Positions 52,583 through 62,228 of a DNA stretch of 64,000 nucleotides are shown one piece after another; position 1 is the first letter of the stretch, and every line of letters starts with the position of its first letter. The DNA lies in assembly GCA_945907065.1 (NCBI GenBank), contig CAMDSC010000012.1, forward strand, positions 577-64,576, written 5' to 3'. The notes beneath the pieces were generated by a model. The model saw nothing but the letters and a program-made list of their open reading frames with translations, ran no database searches and had not been told where the DNA came from. The stretch is from Chitinophaga pinensis. GTDB lineage: Bacteria > Bacteroidota > Bacteroidia > NS11-12g > UBA9320. Position numbers and translations under genes: made by a program.

Positions 52583-53640
52583 GAAAAAAAATAATCTCTA
52601 CAAAATTTTATATTCTCATTGCCCTCAGTGCCTCCGTGTTAATTTTATATAGTTGCAAAGATGAGCCACCCAAAACACATCCAACCCAATTAGGTCAAGG
52701 GAAAGGTTTGTTTGTTTCTAACGAAGGTACTTTTGGAATGGGCAACGCTTCGTTAACGTATATTAATCTTGAAAACGATTCACTAAACACAGATGTAGAC
52801 CTATTTAAAACCAGTAACAACCGTTCTTTAGGTGATGTTTTTCAAAGCATGAGTTTGATAAATAAATATGCTTGGTTGGTGGTAAATAATTCAGGAAAAA
52901 TTGAAGTAATAAATCCGGAAACCTCCAAATCCGTTGCTACTATCAAAAATCTTAAATCCCCACGCTATGCCTTGGAAGTGCAACCCGGAAAAGTGTATGT
53001 TTCTGACCTTTACTCCAATTCTATAAGCATAGTTGATGCTAATTCCTTTACCAAAACCAGAGAAATTAAATGCAAAGGCTGGACAGAAGAAATGATTTTA
53101 TTTCAAAACAAAGTATGGGTAACCAATCATAACAGCGATTATCTTTACATTATTAATCCATCCACCGACATTATTACTGACAGCATTGCTCTGGCTTATG
53201 GTGGCTCAAGTTTAGTATCTGATAAGGATGGAAAAATTTGGGTTTTATGTTCGGGCGATTTGATAAAAAAACGTACCGGAGGACTTTTTTGCATTAATCC
53301 TACTACCCTAAAAATTGAAAAACAATGGCAATTTGCTAAAGATGATTACAACCCTGTAAAGCTGAAACAAAACCCAGCTAATGATAGTTTGTATTTTATT
53401 AATCAAGGAATTTTTGGGTTTCCAAAAACGGCAGCTAATCTCCCTGTCAATCCTATAATATCGCAACCTTCAGGCACATCATTTTATGGACTAACCATTC
53501 AATTATCTACAGGAAATCTTTTTGTATCGGATGCTATAGATTTTGTAAGCCGTGGTAAAGTTTCCGTCTATTCACCTAAAGGTATTTTCATTAAGTCTTA
53601 TAAAACCGGAGTCGTTCCGGGGGAGTTTTTGTGGTGGTAA
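52579..53640 (+). CDS. btuG: BtuG-like (YncE-family) beta-propeller lipoprotein
   Basis: Lipobox ILYSC; NEGTFGMGNASL, LGDVFQSM, VVNNSGKIEV, SPRY, FYGL, DAIDF. Confidence 0.8.
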   Translation: MRKKIISTKFYILIALSASVLILYSCKDEPPKTHPTQLGQGKGLFVSNEGTFGMGNASLTYINLENDSLNTDVDLFKTSNNRSLGDVFQSMSLINKYAWLVVNNSGKIEVINPETSKSVATIKNLKSPRYALEVQPGKVYVSDLYSNSISIVDANSFTKTREIKCKGWTEEMILFQNKVWVTNHNSDYLYIINPSTDIITDSIALAYGGSSLVSDKDGKIWVLCSGDLIKKRTGGLFCINPTTLKIEKQWQFAKDDYNPVKLKQNPANDSLYFINQGIFGFPKTAANLPVNPIISQPSGTSFYGLTIQLSTGNLFVSDAIDFVSRGKVSVYSPKGIFIKSYKTGVVPGEFLWW

Positions 53641-53646
53641 ATAAAT

Positions 53647-53680
53647 AAAAAACGGTCTCAAGAAATCTTGAGACCGTTTT
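53647..53680. terminator. Bidirectional intrinsic terminator
   Basis: aaaacggtctcaaga-aa-tcttgagaccgtttt between convergent operons. Confidence 0.85.
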
Positions 53681-53703
53681 AATAAATTGAGATTTTTTAT
53701 ATT

Positions 53704-56700
53704 CTATTTTATCTTAAAATCGAAGCAGCCTATAATTTCACATTCCTTACAATTTGCATCTCTAAATGTAAACTTCACACAAATCTTTCCTTTTAGTTCG
53801 CAACAGTCAATAGCTGGTTTTGGGGGTAATATAAAGGTCATTCCAATATTGGTAATATTTGGAGCATTTAAATTACTTCCGTTATTCCAAATTACTTCTC
53901 TTGGATTTTGATAAACTCCAGTGCTGCTTCCATTAAATGAAGGAACCGTTGTGCCACCATACATTGTAATTTTAGGAGGAGCCGCATTTATATTTAAAGC
54001 TGAAGCCACACTTGCCCACGTAAAAGGAAGATTAACACATTGCATACATTCCTTTTTGTAATTATCATCAATGGTATAGCTTACCACATTAGCTCTCACC
54101 TCGGTAATATTAACTGTAGCCGGTATAGATATCGAGAAATTGTTACTAACTAAAGTTGAATTTATCCCTGCAGTATAGGTTGGATTTTTAGGGTTTACTT
54201 TAATTTCATAAGGGCAGCAAGAACTACTGTCGCAATTCGTTTTAAATTTGATAACACAACTGTCACAGATCTTATCACCGCACCATCCATAAAGTGTTAA
54301 AATATAAACACCAGGCAAACTTGGAACAAAGTTAAGTTGCAAATTACCGGTAGTTATTCCTCCACTTGGTGGTTGTAGTTTATATTTCACAACCCCGTTG
54401 CATGTGGAATCGGCACATTTATACTTGCCATTTATTAAATAGGTTTGATTGCATGCTACATCATATGTTTTTTTGCATTCTAGTTTTTTAGAATTCCCCA
54501 CTCCAATATTTGCTTTCATATCAGGATTGTCGGTTTTATTCATGGTTATTTCACCCCAACTGCTGCCTTTACAACTGCAATTACAGTTTTTTATAAATAA
54601 ATCATACTTGCCTGATTTTGCAGCACAGCTATCGGTAAGATAAGTTACCTGAATTGTGATTTGGTGTTGACCTAAAGACAAACCTGTAAGGCTTAAAAAA
54701 GGGCCTGTTGAATGGTAATTTCCATCTACAAACCATCTAATATTATACACTCCGTTGTATGTTTGTCCGGGGCCTAAAGGTAGAGGAGGAATTATTTTAG
54801 CGGTATCGCATAAAGTATCGCAACCAATAGGAAACAAAGCCAAATAGGGACGTTTTTTAATAGTAACCATATTACTTGTACCAAAACATCCACTTATTGG
54901 ATCAACAACTGTTACATAATAGTTTCCTGCCTGTGCCGTGGTCATAGTTTGCCCGCTAGCACCATTACTCCATTGATAAATATAATTAGGATTGGTAGGA
55001 GTAGCTGTTGCGGTATAGGTATGATTTATTCCTTCACATAAATAACCAGTTGGGGCTATAGTTACTGATGGACTTAAATATAAATAAACACAGAAAGTAT
55101 CTTTAGCTACACAGCCCGTTGTAATATCTGTTACTGTTAAAATAAACTGATAAGTTCCCAATTGTGTAACTGCTGCACTCGCATAAAATTGAAGATTATC
55201 CGGACTAAAAGTTACACTTCCTGGTCCTGTGCAAGTCCAGTTATAGGTGTAATTTGGATTATTTCCACCGGTATTTTGCACACTTATAGTCCATGGCGAA
55301 CTTCCACTCGCACATTGAACGGTTTGCCCCTGAATATCAGCCAAAGGTTTTGGTAAATAAATAACCATTACAGTATCTGATTTTACAGGACAACCATTGT
55401 TATTACTAATGGCTGTTACTGTATAATTCCCCGATGCATTAAAATTGCATAACTGATAGGTTGAATTAGTTGCTCCGCTAATTGCAGCCCCATTTTGATA
55501 CCATTGAAAACCTGTAAAACTAGCAGCAGGATTGGTATTTAAAGTAAGTGGTGGTAGGCAATCAGGGCAAATTTTTACTATTGGTGAAGGAGTAATAGTT
55601 AATGCCGTTGGAATTAATACAGTAATAGGCTTTGAAGTAGTAAAAATACATCCATACCGATCCTTTATAGTTAATGAAATGGTAGGATTAATTGGTGTTC
55701 CATTATAGGCATGAGTTATAGGATTGGTAACACCAGTTGTGGCGTCACCAAAATTCCATGCATATGAAATCACTCCTGCGGTATAGCTGCTGTTAAAAAC
55801 TGTTTGAGCATCTTTACACACATTGGGTCCTCCAAGTATAGAAAATGTAGTTGTTGGAAAATTAAATGTAAACGATTTGGTAAGAGTACAACCATTTTTA
55901 GAGATGGTAAGTGTAATTGTAGGATTACAACCAAATGGAACGGTTAATATTGGGTTAGGTATGTTTGTAGCACTTAAAGAACCACAGGTAGTTGACCAAG
56001 TAATCGAATATCCTGCATAAGCAGCCAAAAATCTGGAAGCATCCTGCAATTGAATACTCCAAGCATTTACACCACAACTTATCACACTTGTAAATGAATC
56101 TACCATTGGCACAGTAACAATAACTGTATCACAATGTTTAGTTCCATTGCTGCAGGTCATTACTGCATAAACTTGATAAGCTCCGGCATCAGCATAAAGA
56201 TGATTACCGGTTGGGCCACTAAAGCCATCTCCGTAATACCACGCTGTTGAAACAGGAGTACATCCGGCAGGAATATTTGTGGTTAAAGAAACTGGATTTG
56301 GGCAATTGCTTGTGCTTATTACTAAATCAGGAATACAACCCGGTGCAGGCACACAAGGACTTACAACTATCACATTAGATACATCAGTGCATCCATTGCT
56401 GCAACTCACTGTTACAAAATAACTACCTGGTAAATTTGTGGTCATTGTTGGGCCGGTAGCTCCATTGCTCCATAAAAATGTAGCTCCTGGGCAATTTGCA
56501 GGTATGGGGGCTTGCATAGTTACCGAACCACCATTACATATATTTCCAATTGCAGAAATGGTAGCTATTACTGGGGTTATACCCGTTACAATAATTTGAT
56601 TTGTTGCAATACAAGGGCCTGGATAAGTGGCTTGTAACACATAGGTTCCATTTTGGGTAACCGTAAATGGGCTTCCTGAACCAACAGGACTTCCATTTAA

Positions 56701-58740
56701 AAACCAATTGTAGGTTCCTCCGCTTGGTGCGGCAGTTAAAGTTGCTGAACAAGCACCATTAACTTTTGTAATAGTAACGGTTGCTGCTGTAGCTGTTAAA
56801 TTTATAGAACTGCTTCCACCACAACTTGTAATTGTAAGAGTAGCATTGCTGTTAATTGTAAAAGTGGCTGAATTAGTTCCTTGACCTCCTGTAAGCACAG
56901 CTCCAGGTGTAGCACTCCACACATATCCTCCTGGAGGAATGGCTCCTGCCACAGTTGCTGTAATAGTTCCACCGCTGCAAGTGCTAGCACCCGGTGAAAG
57001 TGTAATCGCAGGTGGTGCAGGTACTTTTGTTATAGAAAGCGTTTTTGTTCCTGTACAACCTGCCACAGTTTGTGAAGCCTGCAAAGTCCAAGGGCCAGCA
57101 CCTGTAAACAAGACAGATGCTAATGAATTATTGGCTCCATAAGGCGCTATATTTCCTGTACCTGCAGTAAAACTCCAAGCAAAATTTCCTCCTGCAACAT
57201 TACTACTTACAGAATAGGCATATAATTGATTTGGGCAAATAATAATATTACCAACTATTGGATTTAAAATAGGAGTTGGATTTACTATTACATTTAGCAA
57301 ATCGGAAGGTGTGCAATAGTTTGCAGCATTAATTGGAACTGCATAAATGTTATAGCTTCCAGCTACATTCCAAGTAAGAGAAATACTTGAAACACTTGAA
57401 AATGTTCCTGCAGGAATACCTGGAGGCGTATAACCTGAAGTTGGGGTAATATTCCAGTTAGCATTGCCACCACCATTCACAAAATAGGATGATGTAGAAT
57501 TTGTGCAAACTGGTGAAAGTCCTGAAATTTGAAATTTAGGTTTTATATAAATTTTTATTGTGCTAGAGCCACTGCATCCGCTATATGGATTTTTATAATT
57601 ACAAACTAAATAATAAGGACCTCCTGGTGAAGAATTCCAAGTAACATTTATTATATTATGATTGCTATCTACCCCGGCAATTGTCCCTCCTCCGCTTAAT
57701 GTCCATTTATAAAATGTACCCGGCAAGGCTGGCAAAGAATAAGAAGTTGTAGAACTTGGACATACCGGTGTAGGTCCTTGAATTGGCAAATTCGGATAAA
57801 GTACAGGAACATTAATAGTAGATGAGTTACCACAAGTATTTGGGCAAGTAGCATTTAGGGTTACAGTTGTGGGATAAGTACTTGGCATATTCCAAACCAC
57901 CTTTACACATGTTGTACCTTGTCCACTGACTATTGTTCCGCCATTCACTACCCAATTTAATCCTGTGCATCCAACTGTACTGGTACAATATTTTATTGTA
58001 TCTCCCGGGCATAGCATCTTTCGGCAATCATCTGTATGAATATCAATTCCTTTTTTAGTGCCTACAGTAATTTTTACCATAGCTGTATCCTTACAACCAC
58101 ATTCTACAAGTTCGCCTTTGCTATTTAGAATAAGATTAAAAACTGTTAAAATAACTATTTTTACACCACTTGTAGCATAAATATGTGGAGGTGGATTTTG
58201 AACATTATCAAAAGTACCATCCCCAAAATCCCAATAATATCCGGATGCGCCAATGGATGTTGCTCCGCTAAAATTCACAGGAGTTAAGGCACAAACAGGG
58301 TTAGGATTAAAAGTGATTCCGGCGGTTGGGCCATCTACCAAACATACAGTCATTCGTATTGTATCTCTACATTTTCCATCAGCACTTGAAACAATTACTT
58401 GAATAAAGCCTTGAGAATTGTTTCCCCAAGTTATTATTCCAGGATTAGCTGGAGTAACCGCTATAGAACCACCAACAACTGTCCAGCTATATGTAAATCC
58501 TGTAAGGTTGGGAACTACTAAATAACTTTGTTGTTGATTTTTACAAGCTATCAATATTCTACCGGGACTGCCAGCTCCTCCATCAGGATTGGCATGAATT
58601 TGTTTGCATGCGTAATCATCACATGGACGAATAGCGTTTGATACCAATTCAAATTTTGGACAACAGCCAGCTGGCTGATTCTGAGCATTTGTATTTACAA
58701 AAGACAACAGTAATATCAGGATAAATAATAAGTTCTTCAT
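53704..58740 (-). CDS. Giant Cys-rich PKD/Ig-repeat secreted protein (adhesin-like) with unassigned Cys-rich C-terminal domain
   Basis: Sec signal; PKD motifs YYWDFGDG, WYYGDG, YAWNFGD; many Ig-like repeats; no T9SS CTD; ends CCELKGKICVKFTFRDANCKECEIIGCFDFKIK. Confidence 0.75.
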   Translation of the reverse strand: MKNLLFILILLLSFVNTNAQNQPAGCCPKFELVSNAIRPCDDYACKQIHANPDGGAGSPGRILIACKNQQQSYLVVPNLTGFTYSWTVVGGSIAVTPANPGIITWGNNSQGFIQVIVSSADGKCRDTIRMTVCLVDGPTAGITFNPNPVCALTPVNFSGATSIGASGYYWDFGDGTFDNVQNPPPHIYATSGVKIVILTVFNLILNSKGELVECGCKDTAMVKITVGTKKGIDIHTDDCRKMLCPGDTIKYCTSTVGCTGLNWVVNGGTIVSGQGTTCVKVVWNMPSTYPTTVTLNATCPNTCGNSSTINVPVLYPNLPIQGPTPVCPSSTTSYSLPALPGTFYKWTLSGGGTIAGVDSNHNIINVTWNSSPGGPYYLVCNYKNPYSGCSGSSTIKIYIKPKFQISGLSPVCTNSTSSYFVNGGGNANWNITPTSGYTPPGIPAGTFSSVSSISLTWNVAGSYNIYAVPINAANYCTPSDLLNVIVNPTPILNPIVGNIIICPNQLYAYSVSSNVAGGNFAWSFTAGTGNIAPYGANNSLASVLFTGAGPWTLQASQTVAGCTGTKTLSITKVPAPPAITLSPGASTCSGGTITATVAGAIPPGGYVWSATPGAVLTGGQGTNSATFTINSNATLTITSCGGSSSINLTATAATVTITKVNGACSATLTAAPSGGTYNWFLNGSPVGSGSPFTVTQNGTYVLQATYPGPCIATNQIIVTGITPVIATISAIGNICNGGSVTMQAPIPANCPGATFLWSNGATGPTMTTNLPGSYFVTVSCSNGCTDVSNVIVVSPCVPAPGCIPDLVISTSNCPNPVSLTTNIPAGCTPVSTAWYYGDGFSGPTGNHLYADAGAYQVYAVMTCSNGTKHCDTVIVTVPMVDSFTSVISCGVNAWSIQLQDASRFLAAYAGYSITWSTTCGSLSATNIPNPILTVPFGCNPTITLTISKNGCTLTKSFTFNFPTTTFSILGGPNVCKDAQTVFNSSYTAGVISYAWNFGDATTGVTNPITHAYNGTPINPTISLTIKDRYGCIFTTSKPITVLIPTALTITPSPIVKICPDCLPPLTLNTNPAASFTGFQWYQNGAAISGATNSTYQLCNFNASGNYTVTAISNNNGCPVKSDTVMVIYLPKPLADIQGQTVQCASGSSPWTISVQNTGGNNPNYTYNWTCTGPGSVTFSPDNLQFYASAAVTQLGTYQFILTVTDITTGCVAKDTFCVYLYLSPSVTIAPTGYLCEGINHTYTATATPTNPNYIYQWSNGASGQTMTTAQAGNYYVTVVDPISGCFGTSNMVTIKKRPYLALFPIGCDTLCDTAKIIPPLPLGPGQTYNGVYNIRWFVDGNYHSTGPFLSLTGLSLGQHQITIQVTYLTDSCAAKSGKYDLFIKNCNCSCKGSSWGEITMNKTDNPDMKANIGVGNSKKLECKKTYDVACNQTYLINGKYKCADSTCNGVVKYKLQPPSGGITTGNLQLNFVPSLPGVYILTLYGWCGDKICDSCVIKFKTNCDSSSCCPYEIKVNPKNPTYTAGINSTLVSNNFSISIPATVNITEVRANVVSYTIDDNYKKECMQCVNLPFTWASVASALNINAAPPKITMYGGTTVPSFNGSSTGVYQNPREVIWNNGSNLNAPNITNIGMTFILPPKPAIDCCELKGKICVKFTFRDANCKECEIIGCFDFKIK

Positions 58741-58745
58741 AATAA

Positions 58746-60362
58746 CTATTTTATGTTTTTATTTAATGGATCATGATCTATCTGGTCATTACAACCCTCT
58801 TTTTTCTTTTCATAACAAACTAATTTGTTACAAGTAGTACAATCGGTAAATTCAATTTTGTATCGAATACACCACCTGAATACTGCACTGCAACACGGAG
58901 TTAGTTGAGGCGTGGTAATATTAATATTTAATGGTGGTGGGTTGTTGCCAGTATTCCAAGCAAGGCTGTTAGTGCCATTTGTAAAATGACCATATGTAGC
59001 TGCATCCTTATTGCAAGGTATACAAAAATTATTTTCAGGAGTCATTTCAAAATAAACCAGTTCGGCCTTAATATTTTTAATGGTTTTAGGCGGGGCTGTG
59101 GTAATTGAAACTGATTGAGAATAAGAAAGTATATTGTTCGTATAATTTATTTGAGCTGGAGCATTTGCTGTTAATGTAAAATGTTTATCATCACAATCTG
59201 CACATCGGCAGGGTTTAACCGTGTCACACAAATAATCTTCGGCATTTTTGTTCGGGTCACCTTGTTTTTGTATTCTTGTTTTTATACAAATATAACTTAG
59301 TGAGCTACTGGCAGTGATGGTTCCGCTTACGAGGAGTATACCACCCGATGCCGCGATGGATACTACTGGGTTCGGCACTGTGCTGGCAATAGTGGCACCT
59401 CCCGGAGTACTTGTGGTTATGCTGATATTTGTAAATTCAGCCACAGTGTTATTCAGATTCGTAATTATATACGAATAGGTGTAAAGACCTGGAGTAGATG
59501 TACATTTTACTTTTAATGAATCTAGTTGAATGATATATTGAGTTTGCATACTAAATGCAAAAGGTTGAGCAAACCCAAGTCCATCCACTAATTTCCGCCC
59601 CTGATCATCTAAAGGAGTAACTGTCCAAACATAATTTTTACCCATTTCAGGCATTGCAAATTCTACCGGCCATTGGGTTTGAAGTACTCCTTTCAAATCT
59701 TTTTCAACAATGGGTTGGTTGCTTCGTAAGGCTGTCATACTATTTTGCCCTTCCAATACCTCCCATACCTGCAGGCGATATGTAACTATTGTTGAAGGTG
59801 CTGGAGTAACCGGTGTCCACCTAAAAACTATTCCTTTCATCCCCGATTCAGAAATAGCTTCTTTGTCTTTAGGATTAACAAGCGTTGGAGCCTGATAAGC
59901 CATAATGCTAAAAGTTTTACAAACTGTTCCTGAAGTTCCAACCGGGGCACCAGTCACAGGATCTATAAGGGCGACACAAATTCTATAATTATCATCCGGT
60001 ATTCGGCCTGTGGTTATTGCAGATTTCTCTAAATTACCTTTATAATTTACCACATTGGATGGAATTATATCCTCTGGATTATAAGTTGAACTACCAGGAG
60101 GAACCGTTAATACTGGCATTTTTGCCGCATCAGTATTTGCTACCAATGTTCCTTTACCATCAAATAGTTCTGTTTTTATTTTCACTTGAATATCCTTTGT
60201 ACTCGAGTTAATTATTAAAAGTTTAACTGTTTCAGTTCGTTGCTGCCAATCGGATATATAAGGCGATGGTTTTGGACTCATCAGCAACTGAATGTTTTGA
60301 GCCTTGAGACCACCCGCTGACAAGAAGATTAGAACTACAAGTAATTTAAATTTTTTATACAT
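58746..60362 (-). CDS. Secreted TANFOR-like / FN3-like protein with the same Cys-rich C-terminal domain
   Basis: PSPYISDW..GRIPDDNYRICV N-domain; PTLVNP..IVFRWTP..YRLQVWE..GKNYVWTV second domain; C-terminal CCSAVFRWCIRYKIEFTDCTTCNKLVC. Confidence 0.6.
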   Translation of the reverse strand: MYKKFKLLVVLIFLSAGGLKAQNIQLLMSPKPSPYISDWQQRTETVKLLIINSSTKDIQVKIKTELFDGKGTLVANTDAAKMPVLTVPPGSSTYNPEDIIPSNVVNYKGNLEKSAITTGRIPDDNYRICVALIDPVTGAPVGTSGTVCKTFSIMAYQAPTLVNPKDKEAISESGMKGIVFRWTPVTPAPSTIVTYRLQVWEVLEGQNSMTALRSNQPIVEKDLKGVLQTQWPVEFAMPEMGKNYVWTVTPLDDQGRKLVDGLGFAQPFAFSMQTQYIIQLDSLKVKCTSTPGLYTYSYIITNLNNTVAEFTNISITTSTPGGATIASTVPNPVVSIAASGGILLVSGTITASSSLSYICIKTRIQKQGDPNKNAEDYLCDTVKPCRCADCDDKHFTLTANAPAQINYTNNILSYSQSVSITTAPPKTIKNIKAELVYFEMTPENNFCIPCNKDAATYGHFTNGTNSLAWNTGNNPPPLNINITTPQLTPCCSAVFRWCIRYKIEFTDCTTCNKLVCYEKKKEGCNDQIDHDPLNKNIK

Positions 60363-60366
60363 AATG

Positions 60367-62103
60367 TTATAATTTATAGGTTATGGAAGTTCTTAAAAGA
60401 TTTTCACGATAGGATATTCCAGGACGGCTATCGCCAAATTCAAAAAGATTAATTGAGCCGTTTAATGAAAACGATACTTTCTTTTTCACAGTGAGTTTCA
60501 CTCCAATTAAGGTCATTATTTGTGAGCCGAATGAAGTGGCACCTAAAGTATTCTCAGCATAAGTAAGACCTAAAGTTGTGCTTAGTTTTTTCTTAAATAA
60601 TTTATATCCAACACCCACATTTACGGCTTTGGTCATTAATTTTCCATAAGAAGTATTATTATCAAAATAGCTAATTAAAGTAGTTGCTGAAAAAGGCGAT
60701 TTTAACATAGAAAGCATATACGAAAATGCTCCATTGCTGGCATCGTTATTATTTACAGCACCCGTTATTGTATTAAAATCATTGAAAACATTTTGAGCAT
60801 ACATAAGTGTAAAATTATGCATACTTGATTTGGTTATAAAATTATACGATGGACTGACACTCCAAGATTCCGTCACCATTTCAACTCTAAATGTGTCATT
60901 CAATACTGAGTTTCTAAACCCAAAGTTGGAATAAGAGCCTGCCAGAGACAAATTATCTGTTAACTGTAAATTGAGGTTGGCGGAACCTATAGTTTGGGTT
61001 GTGGTTGTTGCTCGGATACCTGAAAGATTATTCACTCGTCGTCCAATAGAACCAGAAAGCTGAACCTTGTTTTTAAATAACATAAATCGCGGGTCAATGG
61101 TTGCCTCCAATCGGTCGGTTTGTAAAAAAGGATAACCCAATGGTACAAAACCATCGCCGTAGTAACGACCTGTTAATTTTAATCCGAAGTTTTTTCCATC
61201 TCTTCCTATAGATAATACCGATGCATAATCCAATCGGCTGGATTCTTTGGGTATAAAAACAGTTTTTGGTGGCGATAGTGAAAAAGATGGCAACTCATTG
61301 GAACGCATATCTCTTGTAAAAGCAGAACCAGCAACCTCTCCTTTTATATAAGTTTTTTTACTTAATTTAATCCTAAAATCAATTGAACTTAAAATACCTG
61401 TTTGGGGCATAACATTTATTGGTTTAGTAACCAAAGATGCTGTGTCATCTTGCATCATACTGGCAATTATGTATAGATGGGAAGAATCTTCATAGCCAAA
61501 TCCAATTTTGGCTGAATGGATTTTTCGAGCATAAATACCTTGGATATTTTTAGTTGTATCCTGCTTTACCGCCATTTGTGATGTACCTGAAAAAACTGAG
61601 AGTCTAAATTTACCCGGAGTTAAATTTAATCCTGCCCCATATACCGCCAAATCGCCAACACTCAATTCAGAATATTGAGGAATTTGAGAACCCAATAAAA
61701 CTTGGCACCATTTATATTTTGGAGCAATACCAATGCGGTTTAACGGATTTTTTACAAGTTCTTTAAAATTCAAGTAGGGAGCATTTGGTATTTTAGGAAC
61801 ACTGGGAAGTATAACCCCAAATTGTCCTGTTGGTAAAGCCATTGATATTGGCATTGAAAAATCTTTAATATTTATTGAAACATTTACAACTAATCTACCC
61901 AAAGCATCAGGCCTACGAGGAGCTACAGCCCCTAATGTATCCGAATTCATGTGATAAAAATCACCATAAACTCCCATATCTCCTGAAATATTTATTGGTT
62001 TATTTTTTTGTTGGCCAAAAGTAAATTGAGAGAATAAAGTAACTAAGTACAGTAAAAAGATTAACCTTTTTGGCAACAATAATATAAGTTGTAGATTAAT
62101 CAT
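60367..62103 (-). CDS. Outer-membrane beta-barrel protein of unknown function
   Basis: Signal peptide; NRIGIAPKYKW..YSELS..GAGLNLTPGKF motif; alternating strands; terminal TSITYKL; TATATTTG promoter 9 nt before ATG 62103. Confidence 0.72.
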   Translation of the reverse strand: MINLQLILLLPKRLIFLLYLVTLFSQFTFGQQKNKPINISGDMGVYGDFYHMNSDTLGAVAPRRPDALGRLVVNVSINIKDFSMPISMALPTGQFGVILPSVPKIPNAPYLNFKELVKNPLNRIGIAPKYKWCQVLLGSQIPQYSELSVGDLAVYGAGLNLTPGKFRLSVFSGTSQMAVKQDTTKNIQGIYARKIHSAKIGFGYEDSSHLYIIASMMQDDTASLVTKPINVMPQTGILSSIDFRIKLSKKTYIKGEVAGSAFTRDMRSNELPSFSLSPPKTVFIPKESSRLDYASVLSIGRDGKNFGLKLTGRYYGDGFVPLGYPFLQTDRLEATIDPRFMLFKNKVQLSGSIGRRVNNLSGIRATTTTQTIGSANLNLQLTDNLSLAGSYSNFGFRNSVLNDTFRVEMVTESWSVSPSYNFITKSSMHNFTLMYAQNVFNDFNTITGAVNNNDASNGAFSYMLSMLKSPFSATTLISYFDNNTSYGKLMTKAVNVGVGYKLFKKKLSTTLGLTYAENTLGATSFGSQIMTLIGVKLTVKKKVSFSLNGSINLFEFGDSRPGISYRENLLRTSITYKL

Positions 62104-62228
62104 AGGGTTACACAAATATAATTTTATTAAATACATTTCAAAATTTTGTTGGTTTTATTAAGGTCTTTTTAATCTTTTATATTCTCACTTTTATTAACCC
62201 GTCATTAAAACTTATCTTTGCCCACGTC

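Noticed and set aside
45905-62103. Functional link between orphan hcp and the barrel/TANFOR-like/PKD operon
   Set aside because: They are separated by unrelated transport loci and terminators, and the operon proteins have Sec signals, which does not fit T6SS cargo.
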